Assembly (NCBI GenBank): GCA_002633005.1
Contig: NMRA01000183.1
Span: forward strand, 373,553 to 437,552
Direction: 5' to 3'
Origin: Phoronis australis
Lineage: Eukaryota > Animalia > Phoronida
DNA: 64,000 nt
Shown in pieces: positions 28,301 through 41,900 of this stretch. A model generated the notes under the pieces. The model had not been told where the DNA came from. It did not search any database and worked only from the letters and a program-made list of their open reading frames with translations. Every line of letters begins with the position of its first letter. The first letter of the stretch is position 1. The translations under genes and the position numbers were made by a program.

Positions 28301-29856
28301 GCGTAACACTACGCTAAGTTTGCGGATTATAACGCAGATTTTGTGGAATGTTACACATATTTTGCGGAATGTTACGCAGATTTTGAGGAATATTAGGCAG
28401 ACTTTGGGGAATATTATGCACTTGCTTCTGCAGAAGCTTTGCTGAATGCTCTACGATTGCAAAATATTATGTATATTTCGTGGAATTTCTAAGCACATAG
28501 GACCAGTAGACGCTTTACGATTGACAAAAGTAATTTTTGCAAAATTTATATTCATTGCAAACAGACTAACGACTTTGTTAAACTAAAACACTTTTTTGCG
28601 GCTCTAAAATTTCAAATTGAACAATAATTTATTATTTAAAATCAATGCGACACTTGTAGAAGGGTTCCGCAAACAGAATAGCTTTGCGGAGCACTCAATT
28701 TTTTAATTATCATCGTGCGCAATAAAGTTAAAATGCATTCCATTCTGAATAACACATGCAAGTATCAATGTGACAATCCTAACAATAATTAGTTGATTGA
28801 TGTGACAGTCGCGGAGTGGTTCCGAATGCGGAACGGTGCCGCAAACAGAATGGTTTTGTGGAGCCCTCAATTTTTTAATTTCTTCAGGCGCAATAAAGTT
28901 GAAATACATTTTATTCTCAGTACCACACAAAAATATTAAATATGCACTTCTTCGGTGCTCTTTAATTTCCAAAGTAATAATAACAATTATTAAAAATCAA
29001 TTTGGCAGTTGCGGAATGATTGCACATGCAGAACAGTTCTGCAAACAAGGTAGTTTTGCAGCCTCTTAATCTCTAATTTTTCTTCAGGCGCGATGATGTT
29101 GAAAGATTTTCCATCGTTTATAACACTTGAACGTATCAATGTGTAAAGCCTAACAATAATTAATTAATCGATCAGACAGTTGCGGAACGGTTCCGCAAAC
29201 AATAGTTTTGCGGAGCCCTCAATTTTTTAAGTTTCTTGAAGCCCAATAAGATTGAACCACATTCCATACTCAAAAACACTTAAAAGTACCACTTTGAAAT
29301 ATGCCAAGGACAACACCACAAACGATGTGCTCCTATGGGTGTTTAGTATGACAAAAATGGCTATTAGATGGTGCAGAGTGCGTCAACCTCGTCTGAATTG
29401 AAAAGATGGCACCTTCTCTGTAATACACAACTATTTACCAAATTTCATGAAAATAAGTAAAGGGGTTCCTAAGATAAAGATGCAAGCGTAATGACCATTG
29501 ACACTAGGGGGCAAGGCATGGCTGTAATCCTCTGAAACTCATCGTCATCCAGAGCAATCTCTACAGGAGCCCGTTTTCAAGTTTTACAAAGATCCTTCAA
29601 AGGGATGAGATACAGCCGTGGATGCAAAATAAACCAGCTTGGACCTAGGGCAGAATATTGGAAAACACTCGAAAATTAATTTCAGCCTAACTATTTGCAT
29701 CAGGAACACAACCGTCAATTTTGATAACGATCTTTTACTGGTTTGGCAGACAGAGTGGCAGACGTCAAATACGTACGCAAAAATATTTAAAACACCAACC
29801 AGGTGGCACAGAAAACTTCAAATTTGTTTGAAAATGGGACGGAGTTGTGGTCTCCG

Positions 29857-29907
<51 letters not shown>

Positions 29908-32900
29908 AATATACATACATACATATATACATATATATTTGGCAAATCTCATGAAACTACATGTACATTAGTTACACGAGCTATGAAGATACAGAGGCAT
30001 GCGTAAAAAAACATTTTTGCCACTGGGGGGGGCACTGTGGTATTTAAATCAATTTGACACTTGTTACCGTTTATCGTCGGCTCCATTACGAAATTTCACA
30101 TAACTCCTTCAAAGGGTTAAAGATATTCCGACTCAGATGCAAAAAATCACTGCAAGGGAGCAACACAGTTGTCGGACCCATCCGAAAGAAATCAGTTGTG
30201 GCCTTCTCATCAGGGACTGTAACTATTCACTACGATCCTTTAAGCAGTATGGTAAACAGGGAGGTGAATGCCAGTAGATTTTTTAGACTTTGAAATAATA
30301 AGAATGGCCACAAAGTGGCATAAAGTCTATCGAATCCGTCCGAAAATAGGGTGGCATCGTTATTTTCTTATTAAAAACCGTTTGGCAGAATTTCATGAAA
30401 ATCCACCAAGGAATTCGAAGATACAGAGGAAAAAGGGTCAAACCAATCGTTGGATGGGTCTGAAACTTGTCATTATCTGTTGTCAGCTCAACAGAAACAC
30501 ATCAGCCAATTACCAAAATGTTCTCGCAATTCGTTAAGGAGACACAGTAGCAAACGCCAAAACAAAACAAAATCCTCACTAGGGGGGCGCAAGGTTAGTG
30601 AAACAAATTCTACTTTAAGTCTCACAAACGCCAATTATCGTGATTCTTCAAGCGGTTTGACAAATGGAAAAGTGGGCGCCAACAAACTTACTAGAAAATT
30701 TACAACATGGTCACTAGGTGGTGCAGAATTGTCAAAACCATTCGAAAATGTAAAGGTGTCATCGGCTCTTTAGTAGAAACCTACTATTTGCCAAATTTCC
30801 AGGAAAATCAAGAATTCTTGGTAAAGCTACAGAGAAAACCGTAAAAATAAAACTTTTCACTAGGGGGCACAGATAGGTCTGAAATTCCTTGTCATTTGTC
30901 GTCAACTTCATGGAACCACATCTGCCAAATCAAATTATGATCCTGTGAGATGTTCAGCAGATACAGCTGAGGACACCGGATGCTTAGACGGCCCGACGTC
31001 GTACACCAAGAGATGACGGCAGCATCCGCCCACATGTAATGTGTGGGCAAAATAGTGATGTGCAATTACATAAAAATCCAGCAATCGTAACTGCCTCAGC
31101 GTTTTACTTTGACACATGTTGATGAACAAGATGTATCCGAATTTACATTTACACAGTCCTTGATGACACTGCAAACGATTCTTGTTTTTCTCTCTGTTAC
31201 ACTGAGATCTATGTTCACATCTATTATTAAAATCTCTTGGTCTAGTGTATTTAACACCGACCTCTTGTCTATTTACAAGGCAAGATATGCCACCACCTCA
31301 GAGCGGTTTTAGAAAGTCATCTATGTTCACACTGTTGAAGCCAGGAATTTTGCCATTAGAGGTAGGACTAGTAGGCTGGTGAGAACTGCATCAGTTGGAA
31401 ATTATGTGAAGTAAGTAACCAACACGCATGTATAGTATTAAGCGAAGACAAAATGTATGTTATATTCGTTTGCACTAGACGCAGACAACCGATTTCATAA
31501 AGGTGGTTTAAAGTTAAACCTGGTTTAAACTGGACTTAGACCAGGTTTAAAAAATCTGCATTTCATAAAGGTGGTATAACTTTTGGACCAGTGGTTTAGT
31601 AAAACCTGGTTAACTCAACTTTAGACCTAACGAGGTATATATTACTTAGACCTGTATTGAGATCTTAAACTGGGTTTAACTTTAGACTTGGTCAGACCCA
31701 AGTTTAATACTATTAAATATGGCAGACTTGTACGATATAGCTGCGACTGAATGATGCTGTGGTGTGCATTTACGAATCTGTTTTAGAGCGAGAACAGATT
31801 ATTTTCAATATTCAGTTTTAGGACCACACAAGATCAAACGTAACAGGGGACCAAGAGTTTTTAAAGGGGTGGGTGTCGGATGAAGGATCTCTAAGAGGGC
31901 CTAGGTCAACAATTTGAAAATCATAGATTTCATATCACTAAAATCAAATGAAAAAAGGGGTCCGGACCCCTTGAAAAAACAAAGATTTTATACTACTAAG
32001 ATTTCCGAACTTATGACCTAAATACGTCACAGCGTCACACGTAGCGCCACCTTCTGGAGGGCGCTCATACAACATGACAAAAATGGATGACTGCAGTGGG
32101 CCGTCCGGTGACAAAAAACTTAAAAGAAGCACGATGTGTTCGGCTGCCAATTGCAGGGTTAGAAACACAGACGAAGAAAAGCGTTCTTTCTTTCGCTTGC
32201 CCAAAGATAAGGAGAGGTAAGTTTATTTTCATTTCACATTTCATACCACCGGTGTCAAGTAAGTGCTGTGCTTGTGATCCGTGAACACGGCCTAGACTGC
32301 AGTACTCTGAAGGTCTTCCTACTTGATAATAGGCATAGTTACTAGTAGTTGACAATACCGAGACCCGCGTCCGGACTCGATTCAAGTAATGAATTATACA
32401 ATTTTTCTGCCAGGAATGTCATCAAATGCAAATAAACTAGTGTCTCTGTGTTTAGTTGAAGAAGACTTTGTGTGTACAGATTGTGTCCAGACACTTCAGG
32501 TTACAGGGACAGGGTCAGTGTTCTGGTCTGGCCTTGTTCACTGGGTGAAAACTATGGTGAGATAACACTTTATAGGAAAGGCTTATTGGGGAATGTTTGC
32601 AAGCATGCATTATGTAATGTTATTTTGGTTGACATTTACAATATTTCTCAGTGTATGGTTCAATTTTAGATGTGCACGCTGGGTGCAGAATATTCGTAGA
32701 TCAGACCTAGCAGGGAAATCCTCAGAACAGCTACGTAACCTACGACTGTGTAGTAGCCACTTTGAAGACAACCAATTCACTAATCAGCTAAGGTAAGAAA
32801 AAGTATTAGTGATTTAGTGTAAAAAGTCTGATTTTAGGTAAAGTATCAAGCCCCCAGGCAGTACTACTCTGAACACTCTGGATAAGTGTTCCTCAGGCTA

Positions 32901-35900
32901 TCTTGCTGCAAAAGTATCCTGTCACGGAAAAGGTATTATTTGGCCAACTTCTGTATAATCCTTTCTTTAGAACATTATAGTGACAAACGAACGTTGTTCT
33001 GTGACATATTCTACTGTACCCAGACAATTTTGTGTGTTGCACACCCCAGATTATGGTTACATTTATTGTGTTTAGAAATCGCTTGAACTGGAATGCTGTC
33101 CCAACCATATTCAACGTGCCATACCCTCCGCCCTCTATTGTCTGCAAAAGGAAGGCACCAGCACAGAGAATGGAACTACCTATGAAGAAAATCAAGAAGG
33201 TTGCTCCACATTTAAGCTCCGGTTTGTCACTTTGTGTTGCATTGCTTGTAGTTTGCACATGCGCCGCCCATAGTTTGCATACTCTAATTAATCTAAAGTC
33301 CATCATCTGTAACCTGTTCTTGCTGTTTTACAGAGTGAGTTGTATTTACAAATTGTAAAAGAAAAAATGAACAACTGTCCTCATCCAGTACTACTTTATT
33401 GACATATGGCTTGTTGTCTGACTGTCATTTTGATTGTCACAGTTTTGTGTTATGCTCTATTGAATTTTACAGACCCACCAAACACACACGTCTTGAAAAA
33501 AACCTCAAAGCCCAACAAAAAAACTGCTACACTCGAAGTTGTCAAACCAACGCCTTCGAAAGAAAGTTAGTCGTCTCAACAAAAATTGGTAAAACGAGGT
33601 AAAAAGACATCCATTTCCAAGCAAGACCCCATCACAGAACTACGCAAGCACTTGCATGGTAATAATTTTGAGTTTGTCAAAGCTCAATTGAACTTATGTG
33701 ACAAAAAGCCAAAAGGGCAAAGATATTCTGATGATTTTAAAATGATTTGCTTGTCAATATATCATTCCAGTCCTAAGTGCTATCGACTGCTACGTAAAAT
33801 AATTTACTTGCCTGCAGTTTCAACATTGAAAAAGTGCATAAGCCATATTATCGTAAGACCTGGGTTTCACAAAATTATATTGGATGGTTTAAAACAAAAG
33901 GTTTCGAAAATGAAAGAACAATCAAAAGTATGTTCTTTGGTTTTTGACGAAATGGCTATTAAAGAGAACATATGCTATGAGTCAAACATAGATGAAGTGT
34001 CGGGATTTGAGGATTTAGGGACGATGGGGAAAAACAAATATGTTGCCAACCATGTATGTTTGTTTATGGTGAGGGAGTTGTGTGAAAAGTGGAACCAACC
34101 TGTAGGATACTTTCTAACCAGTGGTCCTATCTCTCCTGATACATTGGAAAATCTACTATTCTCTTGCATTGACAAGGTTGAGGCCACTGGTTTAATTGTT
34201 AAAGCCGTTGTTTGTGACCAGGGCAGTAACAACCGAAGTGTTATGAAATCTATTGTTGTTACAGTTGACAAACCGTATTTTATTTATAATGGTTCAAAAA
34301 GGTTCGTTTTCTTTGACCCCCCTCATCTTCTTAAAAATGTTAGAAACAACCTAAAGAATTCAGGATTTTTTGTAAATAACAACAAAGTTTGCTGAAAATT
34401 TATTGAACAGTTTTATAATATAGACTCACAGTTGCCAATTCGCATGGCCCCCAAGTTAACTGCGAAGCACATCAGACTACCTTCCTTTTCGGCCATGAGA
34501 GTGCCACTGGCAGTTCAGGTGATGTCCCATTCTGTGGCTGCTGGAATTCCAACTTTGTGTTTGTCTGGAAATTCCCTGCCTAAGGAGGCTATACATACTG
34601 CCCAGTTTGTTGAAACATACGACAAGTTGTTTAACATATTTAATAGCTCAAGTGTTCATCATTCCAATTTGTTTAAGAGAGCACTGTCTTCTAAGTCTAC
34701 CCAAGTTTTTACTTTTCTGTCAAAACCTTTCACTTGGTTAACAGAGCAAGTGAAGTCAGCTGGAAAATGTAAACTTTTGCCTTGTTTGGAAGGTTGGCAA
34801 CTTGATATAAACAGCTTACTTGGCCTTTGGGAACATCTCCATGCAAATCGTGGCTTTGATTTTTATTAACAAATAGACTGAACTAAGACTGTGTTGAAAA
34901 TTATTTTTCCATGATAAGAGGCCGAGGCGGCCATCGTGACAACCCAGACTCTGCTCAATTTAGAGCAGAGCATAGAGTGCAATGCATCAATAAACTTTTT
35001 TCTCAGAGTAGTTACAGTAATTGTGAAGAAGATATGGATTCTTTTTTACTGACTTTGTCTAATGTTAATAATCGAGTTGAAAACACGCCTTCTGATACGT
35101 GTGAGATTAATACTTGTCCCATGACTGATTCAAACGTTTTTGACTTGTTGAGAATTTTGCCTCCAGAAATATCATCGCATGAAGAATATATCGTAGCATA
35201 CATAGCCGGATATTTACTTTCTAAAGCAAAACGGAAATTTGACTGTGATGTTTGCGACTCGATTCGTATCCATTCTCATGTTTGTGATAATGACATCGAT
35301 GCTTTATTTTTCATTACACAGAAGCAGTATCTGGAAATTGATCAGGGTGGACTGATGACTCCAAGTAGGTTATTTATTTGTTTAGTCCCCACTCTTGAAT
35401 CTATGTTTAGAAATCACGTCACTTATGGAATTCACAATAGCAAACTTAGACAACGTTTTTTCACTAAAGTCAAGGACAACTCTGAATTACCTGAAATAAT
35501 TTGTGATGAGAGCTGCAAACACTCAGAGTTGTACATGGTTAACTTGTTTTTCTCTGTCCGTATCCACCATTTTCTGAAGCAGCAGAATTTGGAGTTTCGG
35601 AAACCCAACCAAAAAAGAAATCGAAAGTGTTTGAAGCTCCTACATGTTTGAATGTGAATTAAAAAAATAACTAGAGTAAACCCATCAGTGCTGAACACTA
35701 CTTTTGATGAATGTGGGAATAAATAAATATCCTAGTTGATATATGTATATTTATATAATCCTTTTTTCATTTAGAGAATGGGTGCATGACCTGTCAGGTA
35801 AGATATATAAGGTTTGTATTGCTTATAACCTGTGTGCTGACCTTTACCACTCATATCCTAAGCTTCCTTTAAAGCCTGTGTGAAATCAGATTATGTGTGC

Positions 35901-38900
35901 TGTGTTGCCTTGAACATTTTTCATTTTCTAACAATTTCCATGCTTGAATTATATAGAGGTAAACGGTTTGCTTATACTTGCTTAATCATTCCATAATCTT
36001 GGTTATCGTGTCTTTCTGTGTGCTTATCCTGCTTGTTACGAATGTCTAACGTAAACAATGTAGATGCTCTAATGACAGGTGCAACGGACGCAATTAGGCA
36101 CAGTGGAAAAATAATTAAATTTCTAAACACATCACATCTGAAAAATTATGGAGAATGGTACGCGCCGATGGATTTGATATTAAACGGTAGATACGCATAA
36201 AAAACTGGCGCGAGCACCTAACGATGTTTTTATTGTCAACAACGGACGAAATCTCCGACATCACTACTGCGCATCATCTCATGGATGCGAGTTGGTAGTG
36301 CAGCGTTTTCTAAAATGGTCAGTTTGCATTCTTGACACCACGAACAGTTCTATCAACCTGACCTTTAATGTTGCCGATAGTTCAACGAAATGTACTTCCT
36401 AGCCGTCACGTGGCATGGGTCACACTCTCCCGCTAATCAGGTGTCGCGAGTCCGCTCAACAATAAGTCAACAACGGACAATTTACGAGAAAGAAGACAGC
36501 AAAAGGTAATGAAAAACAGAAATATTAGGTTGGCAATGTGTTTGATGTCCGATATTACAAGTTAATATAATTTTTGTCTGAAAATTCCGCGTCTGATTAA
36601 ATGCGGAGATAACCTGACGGACCCAAATATGATAATGCTCTGGTGTTGGTTTACGAAGTAAAAGCGTTGTTTACCATTGAAAAGCTATTGTTGACTAGTC
36701 AACTTACCAGTACAAACGCCATTATATCTTATAAAGCCAGACTTGCATTCACATTGTTTAGTGTTAGGGTTGCAGAGTTCATTATTGCCCGGGCACATGG
36801 TTCCGCCAAACTTGCATTCAACTTTTGTGATCTCTGTAAATGAAGCAATAAAGCAATTAACGATTGTATCAATCATTAGACGGTGATTCGTTTCTTTTGG
36901 CTTCACCTGCAAGAGGCAAGGAATAGCTTTGGCGGTTCTGGGATGTTACAACGGGGTAAAACCGTGATTAGGAAATGACTGCATAAGTCAGCCTTAGTTA
37001 TAGTGTCTCATGAGTGCTTTTTGTCCCTATTTGGTTCTGTCGGCCCAATCCCCTCCCGCACAATGTAATGTATAAGCACTATTAATTTAAAGCGTGGATG
37101 CTTTAATATCGGGAAAAACAAAGCAAAAGTACAACATTCCGGACTGGCCCTGAGAACTATTTTATGGGCTCGTTAAATTCATTGGCTGATCAATCTAAGT
37201 GAAACTTCATGGTAGGTCTGCCAGTGAGGCTTGTTATGCATATCTAATGATGACGTGTGCTTCAAACATGAAACTACTTTCAAACTAATTACATGGTGTT
37301 TTGACAATCGAACATTTTCCACCCAACTTTAAGCCGACTCTGAAAAAATAAAACTGCCACTAAATGGCACACACAGTAGTCAGATCTGTCTAATAGTCGT
37401 CATCCCGCGTTAGTCGCATCACATAAATGCACTTACTAAATTTAGTAAAGATACTGCAAACGGTTTAGGAGATACAGCCATAGTCGCAAAATAAACTTGC
37501 CACTAGAAGGCGCCACAATAGTTGAAGTGGTAGGAAAACCATCGTCAGCCGTCCATACATGACAATTTTCGCAGTCATCCTTTGAGCGGTTTGGTTGATG
37601 GAGGGATGGCCGCCAAAAACAGGCAGGAAAATAGTAAAACTGGCCAAATTTCAATAAAATCCGGCAAGTTGTTTAGGAGATACAGCCGCGGACGCCGGAC
37701 ACCAGACGCCCGGAGGCCCAGACAGAGATGACGCCAATATGCACCCACATATAAATATGTGGGCGCATAAAAATAGAGTGTGAACCTTTTAATTTTTACT
37801 CAAAGTTGCTCCGTTTCCACCCGTCCGCAGTCCCTTTATTGGTCATTTGACCCAGGGTGTACGACAGTCTGCTACTGCGCTGAAGTGAACATGGAACAGA
37901 TAAAATCTATTAAACGTAAGTAATACCAGGAATGCAATGGCCGAGATTATCTGGACCAATCGCTAAGGCATAGTTAGAGTTGAAGAAGCTAATGCAATTG
38001 TAGCCGGTAATGCTTGGTGGTGTTGTGATATGGCCTACTGCTGTGTTTCGGAATCACTCAAAACTTTTATTGATTGAATCCCAGCCGCATAAAGCACCTG
38101 CCTCCCGTTCAGTAAAGCGCTGCCCTAGAAACAATGCAGGGTTACATACTGTGTATTGTAGTCACGTCACCTGTACTTGGCTTGCACACAGTTTAACGTT
38201 AAAATGTTGAGCACCAATGGACATTGCGAATAATCATTCAAGTTACAGGACAACTAACCATATGTCCTATCACAAAGTTTGGTAAGTCGATTATGTTCAG
38301 AGTCAGTAACATTGCTGTTTATAATATGTTTTGAAGACGTGTGATTTTCATGTCAGTAATAACGATCATAAACCTGCGCAGCTGTTCAAACTTGAAACCA
38401 CTAGTCGAAACATCGGCACCCGTCCGCATAAATTGTAAGATTCCGGACACTGTCGAGTTGCCGCCTTTCATACTTTTGAAATTTCGGATGGCCAATATTG
38501 CCTATTTCCAAACTTTAGGACAGGTTCAAAATATTTATTTTTTCATAGTCCGAGAATTTTACACGTGTAATTTGGCCCCGAAACAACAGGCAAGACAAAA
38601 TTATTGCCATTTTGGAAAAGTCTAATGGTGCGATGGGTCGGAGATTGCTGAGGATAGCAATTAAGTACATTTTAGTGATTTCGTCCTGAAAGTACACTGT
38701 AAGGACTCACCATTCGGTCAAATTCAGCCAACCACTGGCAACCGACAAACCGAACATGTATACGTCCCTCCCGACTCTAGCTGATTTGAGCTGGAGCCCA
38801 TTTCCCGTTTTCGTCCACAGCTTGGCACTTAATCATTTTTCACGGTAGCAAAACCAAAAACGCTCCGAGCCTTCACAGGACATTGGCGGGTTATGCCATT

Positions 38901-41900
38901 TCCCTGAGCCCTAGACGCAGTCAATATTGTCCGCGCAGTTAAATAGTACCTTAAGCGCAGTATAATGACACGGAGCTGCTGAACGCATGGCTGTATGTCA
39001 AAATTGTATTCTTTAACATCAAAATGGTAAACACCTTATTCATACGAATGACATTTAATTTTGTTATGAATCAGGAAACAAAGCATTCATAACACAACGA
39101 AGCGCCTTAGGGAACACACCCAGTAAAAAAGGGTAAATCTTTATTTTTCATGAAGATTTTGCTCACATTGGTTTCCAAATTGAAATTTGTGTGAAAACCA
39201 GTGTACGCAATGCCAGGCAACGCGACAATTAGATAAGGGTCTTTGCCAAAGGCTAAACGTGTATTGCGGTGAGACACTTCCCAATGTATGCTTCAAAGAC
39301 TATCCACTTGCTGTACAGAGGCTTTTCTTAGGCCCAGCCCCAAATGACATACATGTATACTCGAAGGTTAATTTTAACTCTTTCACTGCCACTGTCTGCG
39401 ACTTCCGGGTAGACTGCCATTGTTGGATTTTTACGACTTGAGCACACGCATACTTGAAACCTATTTTAGCTTTCTTTCAGGGGAGTTCATGTCGTTAATA
39501 ACAGATAAATCTGAAACCCGGTGCTACAGATTTGTCTCTGCACTTAATTGACCTAATTACATGTAAACACGAACAGAATCAATCCGGGCTTGTATCAGAT
39601 GTACCATAAATAAAAGAAACGCCTAAAAAATCTGTGAGATGTAATTTCAATGCCGAAGTTGTTAGTAAAACCATGTATGAAAATCACACGAGTCGTGAGC
39701 ATTAAATGCAAGAAAAAGCTTTAAGTAAAAGAACATTTAGCTCAGGACAGACATAACATAGCCGTGTTGAAATGAACCATGACAACCGCAGTCAGCCCAG
39801 GAATTTAAAAATGAAGGACCTGACACACCTTTGAAGTAAAACAATAGTTTAGTCTTATGACCTCACCAATATCATACTAACAGGCTCGACTTAGTTCACA
39901 TAACGTCAACTCAAACTGTCAAAGTATGGTTACTTTATTGGGTCACCCGAAGTCGCCCATGTCCAAACGTTTTTCCATGATATGAGGGATGTTACGTTAC
40001 GGCTCTACCAAATGCTTGTGTGTCTTAATTAATTGTAACCACCAACTATCAAATTCAAGTCTACTATAAGCTCTAATAAGCCAAGATGGCAAAAACCGCC
40101 CAAACAAACTCTGTAAAGCCTAATGCAACCAAATTTCATTTGCATGAAGTTTCAATTCTTGCGATTAAAGATGACTGAAAGACCCACTGAGTTTTCGAAA
40201 TGTTTCGTACATTTGATATATTTGTAACCTGCCACAAGCTCTGGTCTAAGCCTTTTTGTTGACTGCCAAATTCTACACTCAGGAGCATGTTTACTTGAAA
40301 GCAAGTTACCTGTGCACTTTCCTTGATGGAGCAGGTAACCGGAGTTACATTTACACTCTTTGCTTGCTGGATCGCAGACAGAATTAGCTGGACATTGTGT
40401 TCCGCCAGATTGACACGGAACTTTAGTTGCATCTGCATAAAATATTTCAGATAAGCGTGAATCACAAACTAAAAGAAATACCAATTAAAAAAATCTTCGG
40501 GGATAAATGCTACCAAATTAAAAATATCAAAATATGTTCAATTTTTGTGCATCCTTATTTTGGTTTGACAGGAAAAGATAACTGTAAAGCATCATGACAT
40601 TTAACAAGGCACAACACGGAGCTAAAAGAATGCAAATTATAATATTAAAGGCATAGGCAACCATTCTTCATGACATCTATAGTAAAAATAAGGTTCGTTG
40701 ATTACCATACCTTCACCGAGACTATGAAAAACCGTTACTCAATCAAATTTAATGTGGACTTGTCTAAAGTACTGGAGCTGTTTAGAAGGTGTCAGTTGTG
40801 TGTACGTGTGGCGACGCAGCCACATGGCGGTATGTAAGCGGTTTGTGGAGTCAGGTCATCACCCAGTGGAGACAGCATAGGCATTCCATTGAGGTCGGCA
40901 TAACAGTGCACACCGTGGTTGTGCTCCAAGACGTCACTCCACGTCTGTCTGAAGTCTCTACCTCATTCCTCTCAACAGCTGCCTGTGTCTGTACGTACTC
41001 TGCCTGCTTAGACATAGACCCACCCATTGACTCCGTGAAAAAATTCCTTATCACCACTGCTCTGACATGGGCGGCGGAGCACTGAAAAAAGAGAGGGGCT
41101 AAAGCCCCCCCCCCCGCCAACGGTAGTCGAAGTCATTGGAAAATCATAGTCAGCCATCCTCTTCAAAGTAGGAACATACAATGTTCACAATCATCCTTAG
41201 AGCGGTTTGGTTCATAAAGGGGTGGATGCCAAAAAACAGACTCTAAAGCAGTAAAAATGGCCACTGGATTACGCAAAATAGTTCGAATCCATCCGAAAAC
41301 AGGAAGATAGCGTCATCTTACCAATAGGTGCTTATATTCCTAATTTTATGAAATTATGATGAGGACCTTTGAATATACAGAGGGAAACGTAAAAAACTAA
41401 CATTGCCAGTAGGGGGCACAGCGGGAGTTCGATCGGTGCGAAAGTGGTCATCGTCCGCAGTCAACATCATTTAAATACACTTTCTAAATTCAGTAAAGAT
41501 CCTGCAAACGATTTAAGAGATACAGTCATGGGCCCAAAAAACAAAACTGCCACTAGGAGGTGCCACAGTCGTCGAAGTCGGAAAAATTTCGTCACCCATC
41601 CCCTCCATAGTAAGAACACACATGCCAATTTTCACAATCATCCTTAGATCTTTTTCGTTGATAGAGGGTAGAAGCCAAAAAGCACACTCGAAAACAGTAA
41701 AAAAGGCCACTAGGAGGCGCAAAATATCTCGAATCCATCCAAAAACAAGAGGATAGCGTCATCTCACCAATAGATGCCTAAAATCTAAATTTTATTAAAA
41801 TACGTTGAGGACCTTTGAAGATACAAAGGTAAACGTAAAAAACTAAAACTGCCACGGGGGGGGGGCAACCGGTAGTTCGATCCATGCGAAAGTCATCAAC

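Noticed and set aside
31298-31300. In-frame TGA as selenocysteine
   Set aside because: Not at a conserved Cys position, and accompanied by other lesions.
32670-32792. 123-bp THAP exon related to the 123-bp module exons
   Set aside because: Length coincidence; opposite strand, phase 2-2, unrelated sequence.
32074-35651. Domesticated host THAP9 gene
   Set aside because: Premature stops and frameshifts in the catalytic region indicate a dead transposon copy.
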